DNA of 64,000 bases from an uncultured Pseudomonadales bacterium (GCA_964603945.1 CAZRWP010000004.1:12979-76978), one strand, 5' to 3'; positions 1-9,508 are shown, numbered from the stretch's first letter. The notes: generated by a model not told the origin, from the sequence alone. Numbers and translations: made by a program.

Positions 1-430
1 TTTCCTGGCCAAACCACTCATTAATGAGCTCAATTGTTTGCTGATTATTTTGATATGTCTGGGCTGAAAGCCCTGCCTGGCGGGCTGAGTCGACATTAAT
101 TGGCGAATCGTCAATAAACATCACCTCGGCTGGGTCAGCCTTTAATTTATCAATCACACTTAGGTAAGCCGCTGGCGAGGTTTTATCCAAGCCTATTTCC
201 TCGGTGGTGAAAAATTGGTGAAATACTGGCGTGAGATGCGCTTTAATCGCCGGATCGTAAATTTTGGTGGTAGCAGTAAATATAGCCCGCTTAAGTTCTA
301 AATTAGAAATATAGTCGAGCAATGGCTGATTTAAAACAAAAATCGGGTCAATCTTTGTTCTGCCAGAAAATTCGACCGTATCCTTTGCAAATAGCAAAAC
401 ATTAGAAAAATCAAATAACAGAGTTTTCAT
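1..430 (-). CDS. HAD-superfamily hydrolase (partial; the 3' end runs off the window edge)
   Basis: The reverse-strand translation from the ATG at 428-430 reads MKTLLFDFSNVLLFAKD...MFIDDSPINV. A DxS/FD..SNV-like motif I and a (F/I)DD motif are typical of HAD phosphatases. This ORF is not in the ORF track because it runs off the edge. Confidence 0.5.
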   Translation of the reverse strand, partial: MKTLLFDFSNVLLFAKDTVEFSGRTKIDPIFVLNQPLLDYISNLELKRAIFTATTKIYDPAIKAHLTPVFHQFFTTEEIGLDKTSPAAYLSVIDKLKADPAEVMFIDDSPINVDSARQAGLSAQTYQNNQQTIELINEWFGQE

Positions 431-434
431 ACAA

Positions 435-1697
435 CTAGTTATTTGAGGTGCGGGCTTCAATCGCCGAGATTACAGCTGACTGGTCGGACCAAATCTGTTC
501 GACTTTGCCATAACACATACTCTCTTCATGGCCTTTGCCTAATAGCGCCACCGTATCTCCTTTTTTAGCCAGCTCAATTGCCTGATTAATTGCCTGCTGG
601 CGATCAGCTATGGTCATAACTTTGTGGTGGTTGGGCGCCTTAACGCCTTCCTTCATCTGACGCATAATTACCTGGACATCCTCGGTACGCGGATCTTCTG
701 CGGTAAAAATGGCCAGATCAGCAATTCGAGAGCCAATTTCACCCATCCTTGGGCGCTTGGAGCGGTCACGCAAGCCAGCACACCCATAAACGGCAATCAG
801 TTTTCCGTTTGTTTGTTCTCGTAGCGTGTTTAGAACACTTTCCAGACCATGCGAAGTGTGGGCAAAATCAACTATTACCTTGATACCCAAATCGTTAGGA
901 ATCTCCTCCATTCGACCTTTAATGCCAGGAAAGGATTTAACCGCTTTAATAAATTCTACATCTGAAATGCCAATAAGCTTAGCCATTTTCCAGATCAAAT
1001 GAGCATTCCACTGATTGTAGGGTTCCGTAAATCTCTTGGCGACTGCTTGACCAACTTTGCCACTAGGCAATTCTTGAGGAAATGTAGTGACCGGGCAATT
1101 AGCTTGCTTGGCCAGAGCTTTTAACTTAGCAAAAGACTTATCATCCTGATTCAACACCGCTTGCTTGGCTTTTTTAAAGATACTGCCTTTTACCTCAACT
1201 AACTTATCCCAGGTTTCAAAATAATCTAAATGTTCTGAGGTCACATTGGTAATACCAACTAGCTCAAATGGTACTCCCCAAACCCGATTCTGATAAAGTC
1301 CGTGTGAGGTGACTTCTAGCACCACTTCAGTAATTCCAGCCTCAACACACCGGTTTAACAGGCGCTGAAGAGCGGCCGGATCAGGCGAAGTAACATGGAA
1401 ACCGGTATCAATTTTTTCTGCCCCGATAAAGGCGGCCACCGTGCTGATCAAAGCGGCCGACTTGCCCGACTCCTTTAAAACGTGATAAAGCAAAGTACTA
1501 CTGGTGGTTTTGCCGTCTGTTCCCGTAATGCCATAAATCTTGAGTTTTTTGGCCGGCTGACCATAGCGATAACTGGCTGGCATGCCATTCAACCAACCGG
1601 TTTTAACCAAATGCCAATACTTACGAGCTTTTAGTTTAAGAGACATTGAGGCCATTATAGGACAAAAGCAAGGCCATTGGTATTGCTCATACCTCAT
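435..1697 (-). CDS. murE: UDP-N-acetylmuramoyl-L-alanyl-D-glutamate--diamino acid ligase (MurE-type Mur ligase)
   Basis: P-loop IYGITGTDGKTT, the MurE-type DFAHTSHGLE (DYAHTPDAL-like) motif, and a C-terminal GDTVALLGKGHE. It is adjacent to ftsI in a dcw-like cluster. The N-terminal domain is short, so the true start may be an internal Met (MASMSLKLK). Confidence 0.8.
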   Translation of the reverse strand: MRYEQYQWPCFCPIMASMSLKLKARKYWHLVKTGWLNGMPASYRYGQPAKKLKIYGITGTDGKTTSSTLLYHVLKESGKSAALISTVAAFIGAEKIDTGFHVTSPDPAALQRLLNRCVEAGITEVVLEVTSHGLYQNRVWGVPFELVGITNVTSEHLDYFETWDKLVEVKGSIFKKAKQAVLNQDDKSFAKLKALAKQANCPVTTFPQELPSGKVGQAVAKRFTEPYNQWNAHLIWKMAKLIGISDVEFIKAVKSFPGIKGRMEEIPNDLGIKVIVDFAHTSHGLESVLNTLREQTNGKLIAVYGCAGLRDRSKRPRMGEIGSRIADLAIFTAEDPRTEDVQVIMRQMKEGVKAPNHHKVMTIADRQQAINQAIELAKKGDTVALLGKGHEESMCYGKVEQIWSDQSAVISAIEARTSNN

Positions 1698-1758
1698 GTA
1701 TATGAGCAGTGATAAAAATAATATTTATGTTAAAAATTACTTTTGATATTTATGTTTT

Positions 1759-2304
1759 TTATTCATTTTTCAAGAAATATCTACCTACGGCGGCTATACT
1801 ACCCATACATTTCATCTGATTTTCTAAAACCATTTGCTTAACTTCAGCCGGTGACAAAATTGAACATTCAATCGTCTCTTCCGCTTCTCGATCTGGTGAA
1901 GGTACTGCGTCTGAATCAAATTTAAGAAACACTAAATGGCCTTGCATGGCAGTTGGGCCAGCTAGAGGATAAAACATTCCCTGGTAATCTACAGAGATTA
2001 CTGGATAACCAGTTTCTTCAGTAAACTCGCGCCTGGCCGTATCTTCAATATCTTCACCAGATTCGATAAAGCCAGCTGGCATTTCATATACAAAATCATT
2101 AACTGCCTGACGAAAAGAACGCTCAACTAATATATTTCCGGCCTGATCTACTCCAACCATCATCACGTAATCAGGACGCACAAAACTATAATAGTTATCA
2201 TTAATCTCACCATTTGGAAGTTGCCACACATTTTTATTAACACTCAGAAATTGTGATTCGAAAACTCGCTCAGAGGATATCTTAACCCATTTTCTTAAAG
2301 CCAT
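1759..2304 (-). CDS. NUDIX hydrolase (ADP-ribose pyrophosphatase-like)
   Basis: Nudix box GFIESGEDIEDTARREFTEETGY (GX5EX7REUXEEXGU). Confidence 0.8.
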   Translation of the reverse strand: MALRKWVKISSERVFESQFLSVNKNVWQLPNGEINDNYYSFVRPDYVMMVGVDQAGNILVERSFRQAVNDFVYEMPAGFIESGEDIEDTARREFTEETGYPVISVDYQGMFYPLAGPTAMQGHLVFLKFDSDAVPSPDREAEETIECSILSPAEVKQMVLENQMKCMGSIAAVGRYFLKNE

Positions 2305-2340
2305 GGCTTTAGTATAAATTATCTGATAAAACTTTGTTTT

Positions 2341-4101
2341 CTACTTCAAAACATCGGTCAAAATCTCAAACCAAAGTGGTGCGGCGGTCTCCGAGCCCCA
2401 GGGGGAAGAAGTTGGTTCTCTTAATTTAACCAGCATGACAAACTGCGGATTTTCCGCTGGGGCGAAGCCGATAAAACTGGCAATGGTTTTGTCAGACAAA
2501 TAGCCGCCTTCACCGGCAATCTGCGCCGTGCCGGTCTTGCCGGCCACGCTGACTCCCTCCGGCAATGCCCACTTTGCGTCGCCCTGGGAAGCCGTGTAAA
2601 CCATCATGTCAGTGACCGTTTTGGCCGTTTGCGGGGAAATTACTTGGCGAATAACCTTGGGCTTGGTTTCAATCACCTGATCACCCTGAGTAACTTTTGC
2701 TACCACGTATGGTTGCAGGAGCTTGCCGCCGTTGGCAATCGCGGCCGCCGCCCTGGTCAGCTGAAGGCTAGTTGAGGCAATTCCCTGACCAAACGAGGCA
2801 GTCGCGGTATCAACTTCGCGCCACTCTTTGTCTTCACGGAAACTATATTGCGCTTCACCCTGTAAGTCCACGCCTGTCTTTTCGTTATAACCAAAATCTC
2901 GCAATTTCTGCAAAAACCGGCTTGCGCCAATCTGCTCAGACACAAATACCATGGCCGTGTTATCGGATTTGGCCAAAGCATCACGCATGGAAATATCTGG
3001 GTTATAAACACCATCCCAAGTTTTTATGGAAAATCCATTAATCACTCTGGGTCCATCACAATCAGGGCAAGTGGTGTCCGGCGTTACGGCGCCAGTTTCA
3101 ATTCCAATCGCCATGGTGACAATTTTTTGAGTTGATCCGGGTTCATATAAATCAGAGACAACCGGATTACGATAATAGCCAGCCGGATACTGCCAAAATT
3201 CGGCCGGATCATAATTTGGAAAAGAGGCCATCGCTAAGATTGCACCTGTCTGCGGATCCATCACTATGACCTCTCCTGAAACAGCTCCATAACGTTCCAA
3301 ACCGGTCAATAATTTTTCCTCAATGGCGGCTTGCAAATGACGGTCAATTGTTAAGGTTAAAGAACTTCCCTGATCTTCTTTTAATTTTTGACTTTGACTT
3401 AATAAAAGCGGCAAGCCTAGAGCGGTTCTCTGCTGATGAAGTACGCCCTCTCGACCTCGTAATTCCAAATCATAAAACCCCTCCAAGCCAAAATAGCCTT
3501 GATCGTCTCCCAAATCCGTTTTGCCGACAAAGCCTAATAGTTGAGCAGACAACGAAGCATCGGGATAATAACGTGCATAACGAGTGTCAAAACCAATGGC
3601 GTGAATTTCTAAATCCTCAATTGCCTGGCGCTGTTCACGATTCAAACCGTTAGCTAAAGCCACCCACTGACGATTGGGGTCACTTAGCAAGTTTTCTAGC
3701 CGATCCTCCAAATCTTTTTGCTGAGATTTTAACCAAGCAGAATCAGTCGCCTGCAACGGTGTTGATTCTAGAGTAGTCATGATAATTGGCGCAATTTTTT
3801 CCGCTATTTCATCAGGGGTATTTTGCAATATGTGGGGTTGGGCAAACAACGTGTACTCTTCGCGATTGCCGACCAAAATTCGGCCAGCATTGTCCAAAAT
3901 CCAGCCTCGCTGAGAACTCAGGCGCTGACTTGACTCATATTGGTTAGCCGCTACCATCGACAGTTCGGTGTGCTTCCAGATCTGCCAATATGCCAAACGC
4001 AAAATAATTGCTAAAAAGGCACAGCCGAATATCAGCTCCAGCCATTTTAAACGGTGGCGGAGTCGGTCGGCCTGAGTTGGCTGAGACTGGCGGGAACGCA
4101 T
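2341..4101 (-). CDS. ftsI: Penicillin-binding protein 2 / FtsI-type peptidoglycan D,D-transpeptidase
   Basis: N-terminal membrane anchor. Transpeptidase motifs STQK (SxxK), SDN (SxN) and KTGT. Its position after ftsL and rsmH is the conserved dcw order. Confidence 0.85.
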   Translation of the reverse strand: MRSRQSQPTQADRLRHRLKWLELIFGCAFLAIILRLAYWQIWKHTELSMVAANQYESSQRLSSQRGWILDNAGRILVGNREEYTLFAQPHILQNTPDEIAEKIAPIIMTTLESTPLQATDSAWLKSQQKDLEDRLENLLSDPNRQWVALANGLNREQRQAIEDLEIHAIGFDTRYARYYPDASLSAQLLGFVGKTDLGDDQGYFGLEGFYDLELRGREGVLHQQRTALGLPLLLSQSQKLKEDQGSSLTLTIDRHLQAAIEEKLLTGLERYGAVSGEVIVMDPQTGAILAMASFPNYDPAEFWQYPAGYYRNPVVSDLYEPGSTQKIVTMAIGIETGAVTPDTTCPDCDGPRVINGFSIKTWDGVYNPDISMRDALAKSDNTAMVFVSEQIGASRFLQKLRDFGYNEKTGVDLQGEAQYSFREDKEWREVDTATASFGQGIASTSLQLTRAAAAIANGGKLLQPYVVAKVTQGDQVIETKPKVIRQVISPQTAKTVTDMMVYTASQGDAKWALPEGVSVAGKTGTAQIAGEGGYLSDKTIASFIGFAPAENPQFVMLVKLREPTSSPWGSETAAPLWFEILTDVLK

Positions 4102-4107
4102 ACTCTA

Positions 4108-4410
4108 CTAATGAGCTTGGGCTAAGCTGGGGATTACGTCAAGACGACCCTTAGCTTGAGCAAGTTGTGAAAAACCCTGCTCAACGGCAAACGCTTGTGG
4201 AGTCGATAAAGAATGTGCCTGAGCTAACTGCTCCTGCAAATATTGCTTTTGCTGATTTAAAAGTCTTTCCTGCTGTTGCAGTTGAGCGGCTTGATATGAC
4301 AATTGAGCCACTGAAGACGTGCTAATTATCGCTCCAGTCAGCAAGGCAAAAGCAACCAGAGCAATAAATATTTGCTTAATGGAGATTAAAGAAGTGGCAG
4401 GCTGTTTCAT
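4108..4410 (-). CDS. FtsL-like cell division protein (single transmembrane segment plus Q-rich coiled coil)
   Basis: 100 aa with an N-terminal transmembrane helix followed by a coiled coil. It sits between rsmH and ftsI as ftsL does. Confidence 0.5.
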   Translation of the reverse strand: MKQPATSLISIKQIFIALVAFALLTGAIISTSSVAQLSYQAAQLQQQERLLNQQKQYLQEQLAQAHSLSTPQAFAVEQGFSQLAQAKGRLDVIPSLAQAH

Positions 4411-4465
4411 ATTGTGTTTTTTTGTTATTTTTGGTTGGTTTTTGGTTTTTTAATAATTTTTTGTT

Positions 4466-5344
4466 TTAGATTCGTTGAGCTACCCTCAGGCGAGCACTGC
4501 GACTGCGCGGATTAGCGTCGATTTCTGACTCACTTGTCATGATCGGTTTATTAGTTATCTGACTCACTTGTTTTTGGTTTTCCCACTCATCAAAAGTGTT
4601 TTTTACCAAGCGATCTTCTCCTTCATGAAAACTGATGATCGCTAGTCTTGCATCTGGCTTGAGCCAAGGCAAAATAGTATTAAGCAGACTTTGTAAGTTT
4701 TCGATTTCCAGATTCACAGCCATTCGTAAAGCCATAAAAGTTTTGGTGGCTGGATGGAGATGGCCGCGCCGGTGACCTTTGACTTTGGAGATAATTTTCA
4801 CCAATTGATCAGTCGTTCTAAAAGGTTGTTTTTCTCGTTCTTGAGCTACGGCGCGGGCAATTTGACTAGCCTGCGTTTCCTGTGAAAATTCCCAGAGGAG
4901 ATTTTTGAGGTGTTTCTCAGGCAGAGCGTTAAGTAGATCAGCGGCTGTTACTCCAAGTCGCGTATCCATCCGCATATCTAGTGGTTGAGAACCTTGAAAA
5001 CTAAAACCACGCTCAGATTCATCAATTTGGTTACTGCTAAGACCTAGATCAAACAAAGCGCCATCAAATGCGGGCGGGTTTAGTTCAAGTTCTGGCAAGG
5101 CAATATCAAGATTGGCAAAGTTAGTGTGGCAAATAGTTAGTTTTTTCTCAGCTATTTCCGTGGCTAACTCTTGTTGGGCAGAACTGATAGCGTCCGGATC
5201 CATATCACAAGCCACCACTTTCCCACCAGCTTCCAAAATAGCTCGAGTGTGACCACCGCGTCCAAACGTACCATCAAGATATAGACCATCAGGCTTAACG
5301 GCCAAAGCTGTCATTACTTCATTCATTAATACTGGTACGTGCAT
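4466..5344 (-). CDS. rsmH: 16S rRNA (cytosine1402-N4)-methyltransferase RsmH (MraW)
   Basis: HVPVLMNEV...DGTFGRGGHT SAM-binding motifs. It sits downstream of mraZ. The start was trimmed to MHVPV, because the longer ORF start would overlap mraZ. Confidence 0.9.
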   Translation of the reverse strand: MHVPVLMNEVMTALAVKPDGLYLDGTFGRGGHTRAILEAGGKVVACDMDPDAISSAQQELATEIAEKKLTICHTNFANLDIALPELELNPPAFDGALFDLGLSSNQIDESERGFSFQGSQPLDMRMDTRLGVTAADLLNALPEKHLKNLLWEFSQETQASQIARAVAQEREKQPFRTTDQLVKIISKVKGHRRGHLHPATKTFMALRMAVNLEIENLQSLLNTILPWLKPDARLAIISFHEGEDRLVKNTFDEWENQKQVSQITNKPIMTSESEIDANPRSRSARLRVAQRI

Positions 5345-5777
5345 GCGTCCCTTCTTCCCAAGGCAGTTCTTCGGCAATTTCCTCAGCGTGCTGAGATAAT
5401 TCATCCAAATAACTGTGATAGCGGGTTTGATCCCAGATTTCGATGTATTTCATGGAACCGACAACTACAACTTCTTTTTGCAGGTCAGCAAACTCAGCTA
5501 ATGTGGCCGGAATTGTGATGCGGCCCAGATTATCGGTTTGGATAGATTGAGCGTCGTTACTTAAATAGCGCCAAAAGTCGCGGGCGCGTTTTTTAGTAAA
5601 CGGCAATTGAGTCAGATTGTTCACGAGCATTTGCCAGTAATCCTCTGGAAGTAAAAATAAACCTCCGTCCAGACCTCTGGTTAGAACAGCTGAAGTTCCC
5701 AGCTGTCCACGCATGTGTTTCGGAATGGTCACCCTACGCTGGTTATCAAGGGAGTTGTAGGATTTTCCGAGCAACAT
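5319..5777 (-). CDS. mraZ: Transcriptional regulator MraZ
   Basis: MLLGKSYNSLDNQRRVTIPKHMR matches the MraZ/SpoVT-AbrB duplicated fold signature. It is the first gene of the dcw cluster. Confidence 0.85.
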   Translation of the reverse strand: MLLGKSYNSLDNQRRVTIPKHMRGQLGTSAVLTRGLDGGLFLLPEDYWQMLVNNLTQLPFTKKRARDFWRYLSNDAQSIQTDNLGRITIPATLAEFADLQKEVVVVGSMKYIEIWDQTRYHSYLDELSQHAEEIAEELPWEEGTHARTSINE

Positions 5778-5898
5778 GTTATTTCTTCATTTCAATTCTT
5801 ATAGGGTGTTTTACCTATTCCTCCCTATTGCTATTTATAATGACGCAAAGTAAGAAATTTAGCAACACAAAGAAAGAGCGAAGCAAGAAGTCTTTATA

Positions 5899-5992
5899 GA
5901 AGGATCATCCTTGCCCCTCCGCTAGCCTGGAAGGATCATCCTAGGATGATCCTTCTTGAGGAAACTAAGGGCAAGGATGATCCTTCTTGAGG
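5899..5992. repeat. Nested-palindrome intergenic repeat, copy 1 (F-F-R-R arrangement of an 11-mer AAGGATCATCC with a central CCTAGG palindrome)
   Basis: gaaggatcatccttgccc...ggaaggatcatcctaggatgatccttcttgaggaaactaagggcaaggatgatcctt. The same element occurs at about 14494 and about 35330. It lies 122 bp upstream of the mraZ start and overlaps the upstream region of the divergent NUDIX gene. Confidence 0.8.
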
Positions 5993-6010
5993 GAGAGGTA
6001 TACTAAACGC

Positions 6011-6592
6011 ATGAACATTCCCTATCCGCCCGCCAAAAGGCCTTTGCCAAAGCACGCCAAAAAAGTTTTCACCGGCGAAATTTTTGACGTCTATCAGTGG
6101 GAACAGGAAATGTATGACGGAAGCACCGTCATCTTTGAAAAAATAAAACGTGCCGATACCGTTAGCGTAATTCCAATTACAACTGAGCAAAAAATTCTAA
6201 TCAGTCATGAGGAACAACCTGGTCTTAAACCTTTTTATGGTGTTTTTGGCGGTCGAATTGAGCCAGAAGAAAATCCGCTATCCGCCGCCAAACGCGAACT
6301 GCTGGAAGAAACCGGTTATCAGTCAGATAAATGGAAATTGTGGCACTCTTTTCAACCTTTTGAAAAAATCGAGTGGGCAATCTTTTCTTTCGTGGCCCAA
6401 GATTGTCAGAATATTCAAGCTCAAAACCTCGACAATGGTGAAAAGATTGAAGTTATGGAAGTCGATTTTGAAAAATTTATTAAATACGCCCAGCGTCCAG
6501 ATTTCAGAGACTCAGAAATTAGTTATCTGGTACTGCAAGCCTTGGTTGATCCGGCCAAAATGGCTGAGCTAAAGAAAACAATTTTTGACTGA
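6011..6592 (+). CDS. NUDIX hydrolase
   Basis: Nudix box GGRIEPEENPLSAAKRELLEETGY. The start was moved to the internal Met (MNIPYPP), because the longer ORF begins inside the palindromic repeat. A GGGAGAGG RBS-like string lies upstream. Confidence 0.75.
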   Translation: MNIPYPPAKRPLPKHAKKVFTGEIFDVYQWEQEMYDGSTVIFEKIKRADTVSVIPITTEQKILISHEEQPGLKPFYGVFGGRIEPEENPLSAAKRELLEETGYQSDKWKLWHSFQPFEKIEWAIFSFVAQDCQNIQAQNLDNGEKIEVMEVDFEKFIKYAQRPDFRDSEISYLVLQALVDPAKMAELKKTIFD

Positions 6593-6641
6593 TCAGCAAA
6601 CTTACTTGATAGTTTCTCATTAAAAGTTTTGTCAAATAATT

Positions 6642-7265
6642 TTATTGAAAGAGTCGAGGGCGTCCTAAACGGTATTGATAGTCTTTTAGCTGACGCTCAC
6701 CAATTACCTTGGCCGGTACTCCGCCAACAATCGCTCCCGCATCAACTGACTTAGTAACCACCGCGCCAGCGCCAACTACCGAGCCGCGACCTAAAGTTAC
6801 ACCTGGCAAAATAATCGCCCGTGGTCCAATAAAAACGTAATCTTCAATTCTCACCGGCTCTTCAATTGGTCCAAAATCAGGGGCATTAATGTCGTGTTCA
6901 CTGTTATAGATCATGACTTCACTGGCGATGTCGACATGATTACCAATAGAAAGTGGGGCGCGGCCATCCAGCACCGCGTGATCGCCGATGATGGTGTCAT
7001 GACCAATGGACACTCCACTGGGGTGATAAAAACGAGCGCCTATGTGCAAAGTTGAGCTACTGGTTAGTTTGACTCCAGCCAGGCGAAAGAAAAACCGACG
7101 GAACCAATGCAAAGGCACTAAAGTGACAAAACTCAGCCATAAAAGCAGAAGGTCTTCTAAATAGGCGCCAATGCGTCCCCTGATTTTTTGGCCAGCGGCT
7201 GACCAGCTAAGTTGTTGACCCATACGATCATGAAATGGTGATGGCATAACGTCATTATAGATCAA
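6642..7265 (-). CDS. Hexapeptide-repeat (left-handed beta-helix) sugar O-acetyltransferase, WcaF/Mac-like
   Basis: Repeated [LIV]G-x-x-x-x hexapeptides (IGHDTIIGDHAVLDG...IGNHVDIASEV...IGPRAIILPGVTLGRGSVVGAGAVV) after an N-terminal hydrophobic segment. Confidence 0.7.
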   Translation of the reverse strand: MIYNDVMPSPFHDRMGQQLSWSAAGQKIRGRIGAYLEDLLLLWLSFVTLVPLHWFRRFFFRLAGVKLTSSSTLHIGARFYHPSGVSIGHDTIIGDHAVLDGRAPLSIGNHVDIASEVMIYNSEHDINAPDFGPIEEPVRIEDYVFIGPRAIILPGVTLGRGSVVGAGAVVTKSVDAGAIVGGVPAKVIGERQLKDYQYRLGRPRLFQ

Positions 7266-7304
7266 GCCAATAGTTGTGCGGGAGGAAAATTAGACGAGGA
7301 TAAT

Positions 7305-8258
7305 TTAGACAAGGACGCGGCCGCGCGCCGTCCGCTTGATTTTGCCTTTTTGAATTAGGTAAGGCTCAATAACTTCTTCAATGGTGCTGGAGTCTTCAGA
7401 CAGCGCGGCCGCCAGCGTGTTCAAGCCGACCGGACCACCTTTAAATTGTTGTCTCAAGGCTGTTAAGTAGCGGCGATCATGCTCATCAAGCCCTTCGGCG
7501 TCAACTTGCTGAAGCAGTAAAGCCTGGTCGACATGTTCGGGCGAAATATTTTCACAATTATCTAGCTGAGCAACGTCCCTAACCCGCTTTAAAAGTTTGA
7601 GGGCAATTCTTGGCGTGCCGCGAGAACGCTCCGCAATTTTTAGAGCAATTTCCTTATCGATACTGATAGAAAGTTTTTTCGCCGCCCGCTCTACAATCAC
7701 GCCCAACTCATCTGGCTGATAATATTGCAGACGATGAACCAGGCCGAATCGGTCTCTAAGCGGTGCTGACAAAGCACCAAACCTCGTTGTAGCTCCAACC
7801 AGCGTAAACGGCGGCAAATCAATTCTCACCACGCGCGCGCCGGCGCCCTTCCCCAGCACAATATCCAAAGCAAAATCTTCCATCGCCGGATAAAGAGTTT
7901 CCTCGACGGCGCGCGACAAGCGGTGAATTTCATCAATAAACAAGACATCATTCGCCTGGATATTGGATAAAATTGCCGCCAAGTCGCCAACTTTGCTTAA
8001 AGCGTTACCAGATGAAATATGAAGTGATCCGCCAGATTCGCGGGCAATCAGATGCGATAAAGTTGTTTTACCCAAGCCAGGCGGTCCGTAAAGCAGGGTG
8101 TGCTCCAGCGCTTCCTCGCGCTGTTTGGCGGCGGTGATCGCCACCATTAAAGATTCCGTAACTTTTAGTTGACCATGGAAGTCGTCCCAAGTGCGGGCGC
8201 GCAAAGAAACAAATAGCTGTTCTTCTTCCGGTGGGGTGCTCTGCAAGTTATAGGCCAT
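7305..8258 (-). CDS. ruvB: Holliday junction branch-migration ATPase RuvB
   Basis: Walker A LLYGPPGLGKTTL, AAA+ fold and a RuvB C-terminal winged helix. It follows ruvA. Confidence 0.95.
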   Translation of the reverse strand: MAYNLQSTPPEEEQLFVSLRARTWDDFHGQLKVTESLMVAITAAKQREEALEHTLLYGPPGLGKTTLSHLIARESGGSLHISSGNALSKVGDLAAILSNIQANDVLFIDEIHRLSRAVEETLYPAMEDFALDIVLGKGAGARVVRIDLPPFTLVGATTRFGALSAPLRDRFGLVHRLQYYQPDELGVIVERAAKKLSISIDKEIALKIAERSRGTPRIALKLLKRVRDVAQLDNCENISPEHVDQALLLQQVDAEGLDEHDRRYLTALRQQFKGGPVGLNTLAAALSEDSSTIEEVIEPYLIQKGKIKRTARGRVLV

Positions 8259-8259
8259 A

Positions 8260-8949
8260 TTATTTTTCTGGCGCGCCTTCGCTCATGCTTGCGCCCGCTC
8301 CTGCGCCCGTGGTCTCGTCCACGCGCTTGCCGTTTTCAGCTAATACATCAACGCTCGCAGGCACTGCACTAGTCTCAATCTTATTATTTCCAATGTTCTG
8401 CAAACTCCATTTTAACGCGTAAGTCACTTCCCAGTCTGGTTGTAGCCTGGAAAGCACGGTTTCAATCGCCCCCTCGTTATAACCCAGATTAAGCAGAGCG
8501 TCACGTACATCAGTTGTCAGCTGATTTTGCGGAGTCAGTTTAAATTCATTCAAACTGCCGACTTTTGACTGTAATTCTAAAATTATTTTTTGAGCTGTTT
8601 TCTTGCCCAGGCGCGGAACGCTTTGGAAAAATCCGACTTCCGACTGCTGAATTGCCTCAACTACGGCCTGTGCACCTTTATCAACTACGCTTAAAGCAGA
8701 TTTTGGTCCAACACCAGAAACGCTCAGCAATAACTCAAACATCCGCCTCTCCAAAGGATCCAAAAATCCATATAAAGACAAGGCTTCTTCTCGAACAAAC
8801 GTATAAATATGCAATGTCACTTGATCTTTTTGGCGGGCAATCTGCAATTCTTTTGTTGGAACCCAGACTTCATATCCTACCCCATGCACATCCAAAATTA
8901 ACACTTCGTCCTGATGATCAACTGGTTTTCCGGTCAGTAAACGTATCAT
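8260..8949 (-). CDS. ruvA: Holliday junction DNA-binding protein RuvA
   Basis: MIRLLTGKPV...VHGVGYEV N-terminal OB domain, and HhH motifs (GVGPKSA). It lies between ruvC and ruvB. Confidence 0.85.
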   Translation of the reverse strand: MIRLLTGKPVDHQDEVLILDVHGVGYEVWVPTKELQIARQKDQVTLHIYTFVREEALSLYGFLDPLERRMFELLLSVSGVGPKSALSVVDKGAQAVVEAIQQSEVGFFQSVPRLGKKTAQKIILELQSKVGSLNEFKLTPQNQLTTDVRDALLNLGYNEGAIETVLSRLQPDWEVTYALKWSLQNIGNNKIETSAVPASVDVLAENGKRVDETTGAGAGASMSEGAPEK

Positions 8950-9431
8950 ATTGTTTTAACGTTGCGCTGGTGAGCTGAGTGCGTTAAAGCAACTGCCAGC
9001 GCGTCACCAGTATCGTCAATCTTCGGGCTTTTTTCAAGTCTTAAGAGTTTGGTGATCATCAAAGTAACCTGTCTTTTGTCGGCATTTCCGTACCCGGTAA
9101 CTGATAATTTTATTTGATTGGGCTTGTACTCAGCTAACTTTAATTTATGTTTGAAAGCTAAAGCAAAAACTAGACCACGAACTTCGCTAACAGGCAAAGC
9201 AGTAGAAACATTTCGGGCAAAAAATAGCGATTCGATCGCTAAATCCGTCGGCTGATACTGCTGAATTAATTTTTCAATTTCCTCCCAGAGAACCTTAAAT
9301 CTTTCCAACTTTTCCAACTTCCGACTAGGCGAAATGGTATCAAAAGCCAGTGGTTTTTCTTTATTTCCCTCAACCTCAAGTATCGCCCACCCGCAACGGT
9401 CAAAACCAGGGTCAATACCAAGAATTATCAT
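8946..9431 (-). CDS. ruvC: Crossover junction endodeoxyribonuclease RuvC
   Basis: MIILGIDPGFDRCGWAIL is the RNase H-like RuvC catalytic N-terminus. There is a 4-nt overlap with ruvA. Confidence 0.9.
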   Translation of the reverse strand: MIILGIDPGFDRCGWAILEVEGNKEKPLAFDTISPSRKLEKLERFKVLWEEIEKLIQQYQPTDLAIESLFFARNVSTALPVSEVRGLVFALAFKHKLKLAEYKPNQIKLSVTGYGNADKRQVTLMITKLLRLEKSPKIDDTGDALAVALTHSAHQRNVKTI

Positions 9432-9508
9432 ATCTAAAGCATACAGTATCGGACTATTTCTTTAAGCTCACTAACCTAGCTCTGGCAAAAATTACTACTG
9501 AAACCAAA

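Noticed and set aside
5936-6190. 84-aa minus-strand ORF
   Set aside because: It spans the palindromic repeat and runs antisense to the NUDIX gene, so it is spurious.
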